Shown: in pieces, positions 1 to 12,479 of the stretch
Position numbering within the stretch: position 1 is the stretch's first letter
Layout of the letters: the number at the start of each line of letters is the position of its first letter
Assembly: GCF_044704955.1 (NCBI RefSeq)
Contig: NC_091984.1
Coordinates: 169,694,001-169,758,000 of the forward strand
From: Pristiophorus japonicus
Lineage: Eukaryota
Length of the DNA stretch: 64,000 bases
Direction of reading: 5' to 3'
Program-made: the position numbers and the translations under genes
The notes under the pieces: model-generated
The model's input: only the letters and a program-made list of their open reading frames with translations
The model's database searches: none
What the model was told of the DNA's origin: nothing

Positions 1-551
1 ATCTCCCATATGGTACCTTGTTAGATAGTAAAAATAGACTTGCAAAGAATCATTAATACAAGCATGAGACATTTTTAACAAGCTGTCAATTTAAACAGGT
101 ATTTAACTACTGAGAGAGCAAACCAATCTCTCTAGCTGAGAGATTTTCCAGAGGCTCATGTTTGAAAAAGCAGTGCCAAACACAGCGTATTGCAATGACA
201 TAGGAGTTCCGATCACATTGCCAACCACATGCTGCTTGCACGGCGGAAACTTGTTGAAAGCTATTTAGTTCACGTTCATTTTATTAAATGGGCTTATCTA
301 TCAACTTACATATATCTGAGTGTTTGTAAGGCTATTACCTGTTGAGCAAGTCTTGCATATTTTTATTTTAAAGGTTTTTAGTAGGTTGCTGTGTCAACCA
401 TCTCATGGACAAAACATTTTACAAGTTAGGGAACTGGGTGGCAGTGTGCTGACTCTGGCCTTTCACCCCTGTGACCTGGCCTTTCACCCCTATAACCTTT
501 CCTCAAATCCAGACCAGGCAGCCTCTGCTGGCTGGCTGGAAGAGCTCTACA

Positions 552-880
552 TAGGGGTTGCCAACCCTCCAGGATTGGCCTGGAGTCTCCAGGAATTGAA
601 GATTAATCTCTTGGACACGGCAGAGGAACCCGGAACAAAAATTAAAGGGGCATTCAAAAAAATGATGCTTTTTAAAAATTTCTTTGAACACTACTGTTTA
701 TTAATTATAAGAATATTGGAGATGGGGAACAAAGGCTGTTTGACTGACATGCGAGAATCATCCAATTGGGTAACGAAGAGTCTGTTCACTTTCCAATGGC
801 GTGGGAAGGCGGGGCCCGCTGGTGAGGACGGACGTGTTGGCTGGCCAATGGCAGGATGTGGGGGGGCGAGGCAGTTGTAA
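552..880 (+). mobile_element. DNA-transposon left-end fragment (non-autonomous)
   Basis: Starts TAGGGGTTGCCAACCCTCCAGGATTG, resembling a vertebrate DNA-transposon terminus; no right TIR found; internal CCAAT/GC-rich segment. Confidence 0.45.
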
Positions 881-889
881 CCAGAAGGT

Positions 890-1155
890 TGTATGAAGAA
901 ACCTCCAGCAAACATCCACCACAAACACACTCAACCAGAGTTGCTGACTCTAGTTCTATGAGTTTGGAGAATTTCAATCCTCCTCGTGGGCATGAACTGA
1001 AGGGAAACATCACCATGGTGCTGTTGTGAGGTTGGGCAGAATAGAGAGAGAGATTACTCTGCATCTGACTGTGCTGTACCTGACCAGGGAGTACTTGATG
1101 CTGACAATGGGTTGACAAGAGTTCATTCCCCAGCACTGTCATCTCACCTTGACAA
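890..1155 (+). mobile_element. ancient LF-SINE-like fragment
   Basis: Contains TTACTCTGCATCTGACTGTGCTGTACCTGACCAGGGAGTACTTGATG...GAGTTCATTCCCCAGCACT, resembling the LF-SINE 3' region; related copy on minus strand at ~26.0-26.3 kb. Confidence 0.5.
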
Positions 1156-1214
1156 GCACAAAAATTCTAAAACCAAATTTGGGTGGGTCACATTGGCTGG
1201 GTACATCATGCAGG

Positions 1215-1320
1215 AAAGGGTCAGGACTGAAAGGCTATTTCAAAAGCTGATTGGCCTGCTCTATATTTCCAGCATTTTCTATTTTTATTTCAGATTTTCT
1301 GCACATGTATTTTGTTTTAT
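1215..1320. repeat. right half of fold-back (Penelope-associated) element
   Basis: CCTGCTCTATATTTCCAGCATTTTCTATTTTTATTTCAGATTT matches the right arm of the 22850-23020 element. Confidence 0.55.
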
Positions 1321-1619
1321 TAGCTACTAAGTGTGTGGATGCAGCATCAAACTTCTAAAATAGAGGAAGGTAGGGAGAGAGAATGCAATTAAAGCCACCA
1401 ATCTGGTGGCACTGGCTCACACACACCATAGTCTTGGCCAAATCATTGAGTGCAGGATTAAACCAAGTCAAACCATGGGATAGAATTTCTCCCTCGTTCA
1501 CAATTCGTGGAGGGAAATCTCATGTTCTGTTTTATAAACTCAAGCCTACCAACATTCTTTTGTACACACTCGTCTCCAGCCATCCAGTCTCCACAGTGTT
1601 GATGTCAGCAGAGCAATAA

Positions 1620-2130
1620 AAAAGCATATGGAATGCTAGGTTTTATTAATGAGGGCAAGCAAGTACAGAAGCAATGAGGTAATGATAACCCAATGCAAAC
1701 TGTTAGCTTGCAGTTAGGATATTATACTCAGTTTTGGACACCCTACTTTTAGAAGGTTGTGGACAGGGTCAAGGAGAGATTTATCAAAATGATACAAGGG
1801 ATGACGGGCTTTAATTATGAGGAGGACCTCGAGCTAAGAATCTTCAAGTGGAAGAGGAGATTAAATACAAGTGCTCAAAATTATGAGGGGTTCTGATGAG
1901 ATAAATAGTGAGAAACTATTTCTACTGGTTGGTGAGTCGGTAACTAGAGGGCATTCATTTAAGATCATCACTAAAAGAATGAAGGGAGAGCCAAGATTTT
2001 CTGAGTAAGAAGGTTGCTGGATGTGGAAATAGTGGCGGAATTAGAATCGATATGAGCTTTTAAAAGCTAAGTGGATAAATATTTGAAAAAGTCCAACTTA
2101 AAAGGGAATGGGGAAAGGGCAGGGCACTGG
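1620..2130 (+). mobile_element. old CR1 LINE 3' fragment
   Basis: Degenerate match to the CR1 ORF2 C-terminal region seen in intact copies elsewhere in the window. Confidence 0.7.
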
Positions 2131-2167
2131 ATCTACAAGCATGACACCAGAACGGTGAGGTTATAAT

Positions 2168-2297
2168 CAATCTGTTCCGTAATTTGTTGTGGGTGCGTGG
2201 CCCCTTCAAATTACCGCATGTATGTTTTTGCCATTAGAAATGAAGCTGGCTACACGGGAGCTGCACATTGCTGCGTAGCCAGTAAACGGGAATGTTG
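2168..2297. mobile_element. degenerate hAT-type MITE (same family as 52100-52222)
   Basis: Ends CAATCTGTTCCGTAA / TAAACGGGAATGTTG; flanks GTTATAAT and GTTTATAA look like a decayed 8-bp TSD; internal GGGAGCTG similarity. Confidence 0.5.
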
Positions 2298-2304
2298 GTT
2301 TATA

Positions 2305-2447
2305 ACCTGAATAGGCTGGGGCTCTTCTCTCCAGAAAAGAGAAGGCTGAGAGGTGTTCTAATAGAGGTCCTTAAAATTATGAAGGGGTTAGGTAGTGTCG
2401 ACGTAGAAACTTTCCACTTGTGGGGGAGTCTAAAACTAGGAGTCATA
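2305..2447 (+). mobile_element. CR1 fragment
   Basis: Encodes LNRLGLFSPEKRRLRGVLIEVLKIMKG. Confidence 0.75.
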
Positions 2448-3530
2448 ACAACATCATTTATATAACACCTTTAATAAAATGACCCAAGGCGCGTCACAGG
2501 AGTGTTAGCAAAAAAGAAATTGACACTGAGCCATACAAGATGTTAGCGCAAATGACTAAAAAAGCTTGGTCAAAGAGATAGGTTTTAAGGAGAGTCTTGA
2601 AGGAGGAAATAGAAGTAGAGAGGCGGAGAGGTTTAGGGAGGGAATTCCAGAGCTTAGGACCAAGGTAGCTGAAGGCACGGTCGTGCCAATGGTGGAGCGA
2701 TTATAATCAGGGATGTTCAAAAGTCCAGAATAGGTGGAGTGCATAGATCTAAGGGGATTATAGGGCTGGAGGAGATTACAGAGATAGGGAGGGGCAAGGC
2801 AATGAATCATCATCGAATCATAGAAATTTATAGCACGGAAGGGGGCCATTTTGGCCCATCGTGTCCGCGTCGGCCAACAAGAGGCCACCCAGTCTAATCC
2901 CACTTTCCAGCTCTGTCCGTAACCCTGCAGGTTACGGCACTTCAGGTGCACATCCAAGTACTTTTTAAATGTGGTGAGGATTTCTGCCTTTACCACCCTT
3001 TCAGGCAGTGAGTTCCAGGCCCCCACAACCCTCTGCGTGAAGAAATTTTCCCTCAAATACCCTCTAAACCTTCTACCAATTACGTTAAATTTATGCCCCC
3101 AGGTTGTTGACCCCTTTGCTAAGGGAAATAGGCCCTTTCTATCCACTATATCTAGGCCCCTCATAATTTTATACACCTCAATGAGGTCTCCCCTCAGCCT
3201 CCTCTGGTCCAATGAAAACAAATTCAGCCTATCCAATCTGTCCTCATAGCTTAGATTCTCCACTCCAGGCAACATCCTCGTAAATCTCCCCTGTACCCTC
3301 TCCAGTGCAATCACATCCTTCCTGCAATGCGGTGACCAGAACTGCACACAGTACTCCAGCTGTGGGCTAACCAGTGGAGGGATTTGAAAACAAGGATGAG
3401 AATGTTAAAATCAAGGCGTTGCTTAACTGGGAGCCAATGTTGGTCAGCTAGCACAGGGGAGATGGGTGAGCGGGACTTGGTGTGAGTTTGAACACGGCCG
3501 GCAGAGTTTTGAATGACTAAGTCTATGGAG
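2448..3530 (-). mobile_element. L2-clade LINE 3' fragment, split by a CR1 insertion
   Basis: TKSRSPISPVLADQHWLPVKQRLDFNILILVFKSLH and APPYLCNLLQPY motifs; homologous to 21245-22070 and 27931-28627. Confidence 0.85.
2805..3374 (-). mobile_element. CR1 3' fragment nested in L2
   Basis: QFWSPHCRKDVIALERVQGRFTRMLPG...FFTQRVVGAWNSLP; TTCTATGA-type tail. Confidence 0.9.
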
Positions 3531-3534
3531 ATAG

Positions 3535-3792
3535 TCATTGATAAGGAATTCAGGAGAAACACCTTTACTCAGAGAGTGGTTAGAGTGTGGAACTCGCTAC
3601 CACATGGAGTGGTTGAGGCGAATGACACAGGTGCATTTAAGGGGAAGCTGGATAAGCACGAGGGGGAAAGGAATAGAAGGAAATGCGGTTAGGGTGAGAT
3701 GAAGTCGGGTGGGAGGAGGTTCATTTGGAGCACAAACACTGGCACGGACCTGTTGGACCGAATGACTAATTTCTATGCTGTAAATTCTATGC
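3535..3792 (+). mobile_element. CR1 3' end
   Basis: FTQRVVRVWNSLP-coding sequence followed by CR1 3'UTR ending GCTGTAAATTCTATG. Confidence 0.8.
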
Positions 3793-3861
3793 AATAATTA
3801 GCAAGGATGCAGCTTTGAGATTTCGGACAGTTGTCAGTGTCTCCATTCCTCACATCCAGCT

Positions 3862-4352
3862 GGGCTAGAAATTAGCCAGCCTAACGCACGTTTTCGTTAA
3901 AACTGCTTTTTTTGTTCTTAAGATAAAATGCACAAAATTCCCCAAAGTTTAAGAATGGCTTTTTCAAAATATTGGCATTTACCAGATCGCCATAGCGTTA
4001 AAAATCGCGAACCCATACTCTGGTTAAAAACAACGCCTGTGCCTAAGAAAAGTCGGTAAGTAAGACTGACAAAAAAGGTGTTTAAATCCAGCGATTCATT
4101 TCTTTAGGCTTCTGTGAATGTTTTCTCATTTTTTTATTTTTGTTGGTGTTTTCTCCCTTGTATTTTTGGTGATATTGGCCTAGCTAGAGAGGACGGCGGC
4201 ATTAAACACGATTCCTCCAGCAACGTCGTTTTTTAATGGCAGGGGTATTTTTTGGCCAAACTTACCCCCTTAAAAATGGTGAAATGTTTCTTCTTATTTC
4301 TTCACAAAAATATTATTTATCAAATAACAAGAGACTGGGGAATTTCTAGCCC
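3862..4352. mobile_element. PIF/Harbinger-type MITE
   Basis: Perfect 12-bp inverted termini GGGCTAGAAATT (3862) / AATTTCTAGCCC (4352); 3-bp TSD not preserved. Confidence 0.65.
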
Positions 4353-5329
4353 AAAGTCTCAGTTTGGAAGCAAAGCAGCAGGTTGTTATGGACAGACAAT
4401 GCTGAACTCAAATATACTCCTCCATAACAGTAATGATAAGACCACTCGACAGACACGGACAAGAAGGCCATTAGGCTTTTCCAAGCTCAGCAATCCAGAA
4501 AGAGGTTACAAGTCCCATCACACCATCCAGCCGCTGTTTAAATAATTCAAGGATTTTTGCCTACACGACCTAACCTACTACCAAAAGTCATAGTGCTCCA
4601 AAGCCACAAGGCAATTCTCTCAATCTCAGTTTACCATTAACAGCAAGTTGCTGTGCTGAGGTCGGGCGTTTCCAGACTGGGGAGTGGGGGTGGGGGGAAC
4701 ATTGAGGGCAAGTCATATCCCACCAGAGTGTCAAACCAGCCTTTGGTCAGCAGACTAGCCATGATGATAAGAATAAAGCTTGCACACCATCCCTTTCCTT
4801 CAGAGAAAATATATTACATATGAGGATGTCAAATACTACGTATAACATTGTTATTAAATTGGGTTACTTATGCCAACCATGCCTTTAGTTTAGCGGCAAA
4901 TATCAGTCAAAGCTTAAAACTGATTGAACCCATGCTTGTTTGAATCCCTTGCCATCCACATTTTGTATACATGTTAATTTAAACTAATACTGTTCGTGAT
5001 TAGTAACAGAGGAAGGGCATTAGTGAAGTTACTGAGTTTGAGAGCAATAAGGGTTTCTGTGCTGCTCTTTGGCTAAACACAGTGACCAGAACAAAGCTCC
5101 AGGCACATACAAAATAATCAGCACAGTTCTGGTCCATTAAGTTGCAGTTATGTTTCCAGAGGGGCTAAGCCCGGAGTCGCTGCAATGGACTCGATTGTAT
5201 TCCTGCATTATATTGGGGGGCGGTGTGCACAGTACCACTTCATTCCCTCTCCCTTAATATCACACATCAGGCACTGTTGTAGAATCAGCATGTTGAGGTC
5301 TCTTTTTAAGTACTTAAAATTTTTTTTCC

Positions 5330-5660
5330 AGATACTTATTTCAATCTCCGCTCCAGGACTTGAACACGTAATCTAGGTTGATAACCCACCCAGAACTGAG
5401 GGAGTGCTGCAATGTAACACGAGATGTTAAACTGAGGCCTATCTGTCTGTTCAGGCGGACATCAAATATTCCACGTCACTATTTGAAGAGAAGCAAGGCG
5501 TACTCCCATTGGCCAGCAACCCTCGTCCAAACAACACAATAAAAGTCACATATTTACAGGATATGTGCTGTGAGCATCTGACTGTTGTTTGCCTCCATAT
5601 CACCAATAACTGCTTTTCAAAAGAAAATCTTATTTATTGGTTCTGAAGTGCTCTGAGGTC
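5330..5660 (+). mobile_element. degenerate SacSINE1/DeuSINE
   Basis: GACTTGAACACGTAATCTAGG...GAGATGTTAAACTGAGGCC core, homologous to 33338-33800. Confidence 0.7.
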
Positions 5661-5813
5661 ATGAGAAAATCCACCAATGGAAATCCCCTCTCATTTCTGA
5701 GGGGAGAACGCAATGGCCAACATCTTGAACTTGGGGATTAATTTGCTTTATACCAAAAGTTAAAGGAGGACATTTTTATTCAACCAGGCCTTTCTTGTGG
5801 GCATTTAACATAC

Positions 5814-5845
5814 CTGGGTAGATGTTTCACTCATATGGAAATACT
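5814..5845 (-). other. candidate 32-nt exon
   Basis: Minus strand TTCTATGTTTGCAG|AGTATTTCCATATGAGTGAAACATCTACCCAG|GTATGT; one open frame (YFHMSETSTQ). Confidence 0.3.
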
Positions 5846-7519
5846 CTGCAAACATAGAACAGTGCAACATTGAACAATCACACACACAGCACATCAGACC
5901 GACTTCCTGGAGCCTACGCAAATCTCATTTGTGGTTAATGGCTTCAGGAATAAATTGGCTTCAGGAATAAATTAACCTGAGGAAGTACTTTAGTAGGAAA
6001 TGCATTTACTCGTCTTGCAGCCACAGGCAGGTACACAGTAAAAAGTTACCAAGGAAATCTATCGCAGAGCGGCACTGAAGGCCATACAGAACAGGACCAG
6101 AAAAATCGCATCCTTATAGACACAACAGGGAGGGTAGAAGTAACCCATACTACAAACAAAATAGGCAGGTCTATACAAATACACCCAAGCAAGTCATACT
6201 GCGATATCACAGGATGTACCTTCCCAGCTGTAATGGTGCTGCATCACGCACAGCACTCAAGGGAACTCCAGCAGAGGCAGTGTTCCCTTGGCAAAGACTA
6301 CTTGATGCTGGTGATCAGTGTGGGAAACATCAAAGCCAGGTTGTGCTGCGAGGGCCCTGGCAACTGGCACTGCAAAGAACTAGAAACCACACAATGCTGT
6401 GCTGAGATTCTTCGGCCGTGTGGAGCGGAACACCACATGCCATGGTGTGGGAAGCGAGAGCTATCGGAGGGAGACCATTCCCAGAGAAGGCCAAAATCTG
6501 GGGACAATACATTTATCATTATACTTTGGTTCCAACTGAGATTTCTCAAAGATTCCTAAAGAACAGGATCTACTGGATGGCTCTCTCTTGATGAGGAACT
6601 CCTGACTCCCCAGTTGTGTAATAAAGGGTCCGTGTGTAAATAGTACAACTTTCCACGGACGACAGCTGCACACTGGCATTTGACACTCACATTAGACAAA
6701 GGAAAGGCTAAGCGACCGCACCTTTCCAAAAAATGGAAGTGCAGTCTAATTTCTAGCAAACTTTATCTACATGTAACAATGGCCAGGGCTGTGACTAAGG
6801 AATAACTTGCTGTCAGAACTGCCTGAATCCGAGAGACCAGCTTTCTTCAGGATCAGTATCGTCGAAACTTCGAGAGGTGCCAGCAGGGACTCAAGTGATG
6901 CTCAGGTTTGATTCCGTGGATGTAGGTGACCCTGGCAGATTTACTCCCAGTGTAGGAGTTCCTTCCAAAACGGCCTTGACAGGAAGCCAGACAGTTTAGC
7001 ATGAATTAGTATCACATTTTAATGGGAAGCACTGTAGGCATCTCGGGCATATAGAACATACAGTATTTAATGTAAAGATTGCAGTACTGCACAGCTTTTT
7101 AAATCTAAACTTTTAAAAGAAAACTTGGACAAAGAGGGAGTTAAGGTTTCAAATCTGCATTGCTGGTGGAGGCCTTAACCAGAAAATCTTGGACAAAGCA
7201 TACTTGGATTTTTATACATGTCAGCAATGCAGACTGATAATTACCCCCTAAACATACAAGACTAGACTGTGAAGAAAATCTAATTGGGAGACTGTGGGAA
7301 CAACAGGAACCAGTCTGACTGTCCAAAGAGAGAGGCTTCTTTAAACAGTGCAGGATACGTGGCCACCACTTAAGATCAGGACATACAAAAGATAATTAGT
7401 GACCTGTTTGAGTATCTTTTATTCTTCAAATCATATGGCAAGCAAGATCTTTAGACAACAAGCATTTTTATAATTAAGAATGGACTAATGAATTTGGTAG
7501 AATTATTTAAAGTCTTTAT

Positions 7520-7835
7520 ATGAACATAAGAATTAGGAGCAGGAGTAGGCCATATGGTCCCTCCGCCTGCTCCGCCATTCAATAAGATCGTGGCTGATGT
7601 GATCTTGGCCTCAACTCCACTTCCCTGCCCGCTCCCCAAAACCCTTGACTCCCTTATAGTTCAAGAATCTGTCTATCTCAGCCTTGAATACATTCAATGA
7701 CCCAGCTTCCACTGCTCGCTGGGGATAGAGAATTCCAAAGTTTCACGACCCTCAGAGAAGCAATTCCTCCTCATCTCTGTCTTAAATGGGCGACCCCTTA
7801 ATCTGAAACTATGCCCCTGGTTCTAGATTCCCTCA
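7520..7835 (-). mobile_element. CR1 3' end (host of the next insertion)
   Basis: GAACATAAGAATTAGGAGCAGGAGTAGGCC tail plus ORF2 C-terminus. Confidence 0.85.
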
Positions 7836-7929
7836 TAGAAACATAGAAAATAGGTGCAGCAGCAGGCCATTCGGCTTTTCGAGCATGCATCACCATTTAA
7901 TATTATCATGGCTGATCGTTCACCTCAGT

Positions 7930-10899
7930 ACCCCACCCCTGCCTTCTCGCCATACCCCCTGATCCCTTTAGCCAGATGGGCCACATCCAACTCCCTTTTG
8001 AATATATCCAATGAACTGGACTCAACAACTTTGTGGAAGAGAATTCCACAGGTTCACAAATCTCTGGGTGAAAAAGTTTCTCCTCATCTCGATCCTAGAT
8101 GGCCTACCCCTTATCCTTAGACTGTGACCCCTGGTCCTGGACTTCCCCAACATCGCACACATTCTTCCTGCATCTAACCTGTCCAATCCCGTCAGAATTT
8201 TATATGTTTCTATGAGATACCCTCTCATTCTTCTAAATTCCAGTGAATATAAGCCTAGTCGATCCAGTCTTTCTTCATATGTTAGTCCTGCCATCCCAGG
8301 AATCAGTCTGGTGAACCTTCGCTGCACTCCTTCAATAGCAAGAATGTCCTTCCTCAGATTAGGAGACCAAAACTGCACACAATACTCAAGATGTGGTCTC
8401 ACCAAGGCCCTGTACAACTGCAGTAAGACCTCCCTGCTCCTATACTCAAATCCTTTCGCTATGAAGGTGAACATTGCATTTGCTTTCTTCAACACCTGCT
8501 GTACCTGTATGCCTACTTTCAATGACTGATGTACCATGACACTCGGGTCTCATTGCACCTCCCCTTTTACTAATCTGTCACCATTCAGATAATAATCTGC
8601 CTTCCTGTTTTTGCCACCAAAGTGGATAACCTCACATTTATCCACATTATACTGGATCTGCCATGCATTTGCCCACTCACCTAACCTGTCCAAGTCACCT
8701 TGCAGCCTCTTAGCATCCTCCTCACAGCTCACCAGCCACCCAGCTTAGTGTCATCTGCAAACTTGGAGATATTATATTCAATTCCTTCGTCTAAATCATT
8801 AATATATATTGTAAATAGCTGGGGTCCCAGCACTGAACCTTGCAGTACCCCACTAGTCACTGCCTGTCATTCTGAAAAGGACCCATTTATTCCCACTCTT
8901 TCCTTCCTGTCTGCCAACCAGTTCTCTATCCACGTCAATACATTACCCCCAATCCTATGGGCCTTAATGTTGCACACTAATCTCTTGTGTGGGACCTTGT
9001 CAAAAGTCTTTTGAAAGTCTAAATACACCACATCCACTGGTTCTCCCTTATCCATTCTACTAGTTACATCCTCAAAAAATTCCAAAAGATTTGTCAAGCA
9101 TGATTTCCCTTTCATAAATCCATGCTGACTTGGACCGATCCGGTCACTGTTTCCAAATGCGTTGCTGTTACATCTTTAATAATTAATTCCAGCATTTTCC
9201 CCACTACCAATGTCAGGCTAACTGGTCTATAATTCCCTGTTTTCTCTCTCCCTCCTTTTTTAAAAAGTGAGGTTACATTAGCTGTCCTCCAATCCATAGC
9301 AACTGATCCAGAGTCCATGGAATGTTGGAAAATGACCACCAATGCATCTGCTATTTCTAGGGCCACTTCCTTAAGCACTCTGGGATGCAGACTATCAGGC
9401 CCTGGGGATTTATCGACCTTCAATCCCATCAATTTCCCAAACACCATTTCCTGACTAATAAGGATTTCCCTCAGTTCCCCCTTCTCGCTAGATCCTCGGT
9501 CCCCTGGTATTTTTGGGAGGGTATTCGTGTCTTCCTTAGTGAAGACAGAACCAAAGTTCTTGTTCAATTGGTCTGCCATTTCCTTGTTCCCCATTATGAA
9601 TTCACCTGATTCTGACTGCAAGGCACCCAACATTCGTCTTCATTAACCTTTTTCTCTTCACATACCTATAGAAGCTTTTGCAGTCAGTTTTTATGTTCCC
9701 TGCAAGCTTCCTCTCATACTCTATTTTCCCCCTCCAAATTAAACCCTTAGTCCATCTCTGCTGAATTCTAAATTTCTCCCAGTCCTCAGGTTTGCTGCTT
9801 TTTCTGGCCAATTTATATGCCTCTTCCTTGGATTTAACACTATCCCCAATTTCCCTAGTCAGCCATGGTTGAGCCACCTTCCCCGTTTATTTTTACGCCG
9901 GACAGGGATGTACAATTGCTGGAGTTAATCCATGTGATCTTTAAATGTCTGCCATTACCTATCCACCGTCAACCCTTGAAGTATTATTAGCCAGTCTATC
10001 CTAGCCAAATCAAGTCTCATACCGTCGAAGTTACTTTTCTTTAAGTTCAGGACTCTAGTCTCTGAATTAACTGTGTCACTCTCCATCTTAATGAAGAATT
10101 CTACCATATTATGGTCACTCTTCCCCAAGGGACCTCGCACAATTAATCCTCTCTCATTACACAACACCCAGTCTAGGATAGCCAGCTCTCTAGTTGGTTC
10201 CTCGACATATTGGTCTAGAAAACCATCCCTTATACACTCCAGGAAATCCTCCTCCACCCTATTGCTACCAGTTTGTTTAGCCCAATCTATATGTAGCTTA
10301 AAGTCACCCATGATGACTGCTGTACCTTTATTGCACGCATCCCTAATTTCCTGTATGATGTCATCCCCAACCTTACTACTACTATTGGTAGCCTGTACAA
10401 CTCCCACTAGCGTTTTCTGCCCTTTGGTGTTCTGCAGCTCTACCCATACAGATTCCACCTCATCCAAGCTAATTTCCTTCCTTATTATTGCGTTAATCTC
10501 CTCTTTAACCAGCAACACTACCCCACCTCATTTTCCTTTCGGTCTATCTTTCCTGAATATTGAATACCCTTGGATGTTAAGTTTCCAGCCTTGGTCACCC
10601 TGGAGCCATGTCTCTGTAATCCCAATTACATCATATCCATTAACGGCTATCTGCACAGTTAATTCATCCACCTTATTATGAATGTTCCTCGCATTGAGAC
10701 ACAGAGCCTTCAGGCTTATTTTTTTAATACTCTTTGTCCTTTTAGAATTATGTTGTAATGTGGCCCTTTTTGATTTTTGACTTTGATTTTTCTGCCCTTC
10801 TCTTTTACTTTTCTCCTTTATACCTTTTGCTTCTGTCCCCATTTTACTTCCCTCTGTCTCCCTGCATAGGTTCCCATCCCCCTGCCCGATTAGTTTAAA
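7930..10899 (-). pseudogene. CR1 ORF2 (APE endonuclease + reverse transcriptase), frameshifted
   Basis: ORF pieces [59 protein letters not shown]. Confidence 0.93.
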
Positions 10900-11762
10900 T
10901 CCTCCCCAACAGCACGAGCAAACTCCCTCCCCCGCCTCCCTCAGGACATAGGTTCCGGTCCTGCCCAGGTGCAGACCGTCCAGTTTGTACTGGTCCCACC
11001 TCCCCCAGAACCGGTTCCAATGTCCCAGGAATTTGAATCCCTCCCTGTTGCACCATTCCTCATGCCACGTATTCATCTTAACTATCCTGCTATTTCTACT
11101 CTGACTAGCATGTGGCATTGGTAGCAGTCCTGAGATTACTATCTTTGAGGTCATACTTTTTAATTTAACTCTAGCTCCCTAAATTCAGCTTGTAGGACCT
11201 CATCCCATTTTTTACCTATATCGTTGGTACCTATATGCACCACGACAACTGGCTGTTCACCCTCCCCCTCCAGAATGCCCTGCAGCAGCTCCGAGACATC
11301 CTTGACCATTGCACCAGGGAGGCAACATACCATCCTGGAGTCTCGATTGCGACCACAGAAATGCCTATCTAATCCCCTTACAATAGAGTCCCCTACCACT
11401 ATAGCTCTCCCACTCTTTTTCCTGCCCTCCTGTGCAGCAGAGCCACCCATGGTGCCATGAACTTGACTGCTGCTGCCTTCCCCTGATTGTCCATCTCCCC
11501 CAACAGTACCCAAGGTGGTATATCTGTCTTGGAAGATGACGGCTGCAGGGGACCCCTGCACTACCTTCCTTCCACTGCTCTTCCTGATGGTCACCCATTC
11601 CCTATCTGCCTGTGTAACCTTTACCTGTGGTGTGACTATTTCACTAAACGTGCTATTCACGACATCCTCAGCATCATGGATGCTCCAGAGTGAATCCATG
11701 CGCAGCTCCAGAGCCGCAATGCGGTCTGTCAGGAGCTGCAGCTGGATACACTTCCCGCACAC
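10890..11762 (-). pseudogene. CR1 ORF1 (Cys finger/leucine zipper + SGNH/GDSL esterase-like domain)
   Basis: CGKC..LL...I..LE; IVVGDSIVRG, CCLPGA, VHIGTND, DGLHL blocks; ends FARAVGEDLN*. Confidence 0.9.
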
Positions 11763-11799
11763 ATAGTAGTCAGGGACATTATGGTCTCCTCACATGGTG

Positions 11800-12465
11800 G
11801 ATGATAGAGGCTCTGGAAAGGGTGCAGAAGGGGGCCATTTGACTAATTCCAAGTCTAAAGCATCTTACTTATCAAGATAGGTTAAAAGAGTTGGGACTCT
11901 ATACCTTAGAGCAGTGCAGACATAGGGGGATATGATTGAAGGGGGTATAATAAGATAATGAAGGGAATAGACAGTGTTCCAGCTGACAGTTTATTTCAAT
12001 TAAATAGGTTAGACAGGACCAGGGGTCATGAATTTAAGTTGTATCGGGCTAGACCTTGGTTAGATGTCAGGAGGTGGCTCTTTCCCCAGAGAATAGTAGA
12101 CCTCTGGAACAAGCTGCCGTTTCATGTGGTGGATGCAGACTCAATGAATTCCTTCAAGTGAAAGCTGGATTTGTTTCTGGCTGCAGCAGAGATCAACTCT
12201 TACAGAAAGTAGGTACTGCAGGGAATTTAATGGCCAGACTGATCTCCTGGACTAGCTCCGATCGGCGAGATGGGTCAGAGAGGAATTTCCTAGATTTTTT
12301 TCTCCCAAATTGGCCTGCGTTTTTTAATCTCTTTTTTTGCCTTCCCCAGGAGATCACATGGTTTGAGGTGGGGTGGAGTGTATATGTTGTGATACACATG
12401 GTATCGCGATTGGGTGGGACAGGATCAATCGACCAGGTGGTCTTTACCTGTCCATCAATGTTCAT
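11800..12465 (+). mobile_element. CR1 3' fragment of a distinct subfamily with long 3'UTR
   Basis: TRGHEFKL...FPQRIVDLWNKLP, then ~250 nt UTR. Confidence 0.75.
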
Positions 12466-12479
12466 ATTTTCGCATTTTC

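Larger units (their letters stand above)
7836..11780 (-). mobile_element. near full-length CR1 LINE (ORF1+ORF2, decayed)
   Basis: Contiguous ORF1 (zinc finger/zipper, esterase), APE endonuclease, RT (YLDFQK, FADD), C-terminus and TTCTATGT tail. Confidence 0.95.

Noticed and set aside
320-880. 186-aa ORF
   Set aside because: Non-ATG start, runs through a transposon fragment, no recognisable domain
760-880. CCAAT/GC-box promoter cluster
   Set aside because: Appears internal to the transposon fragment starting at 552; no adjacent exon evidence
2556-3347. 263-aa chimeric ORF
   Set aside because: Accidental read-through from the nested CR1 into the host L2
10073-10681. Long antisense ORFs over CR1 (also 20182-20574, 42466-42870, 57258-57662)
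   Set aside because: Shadow frames of CR1 ORF2
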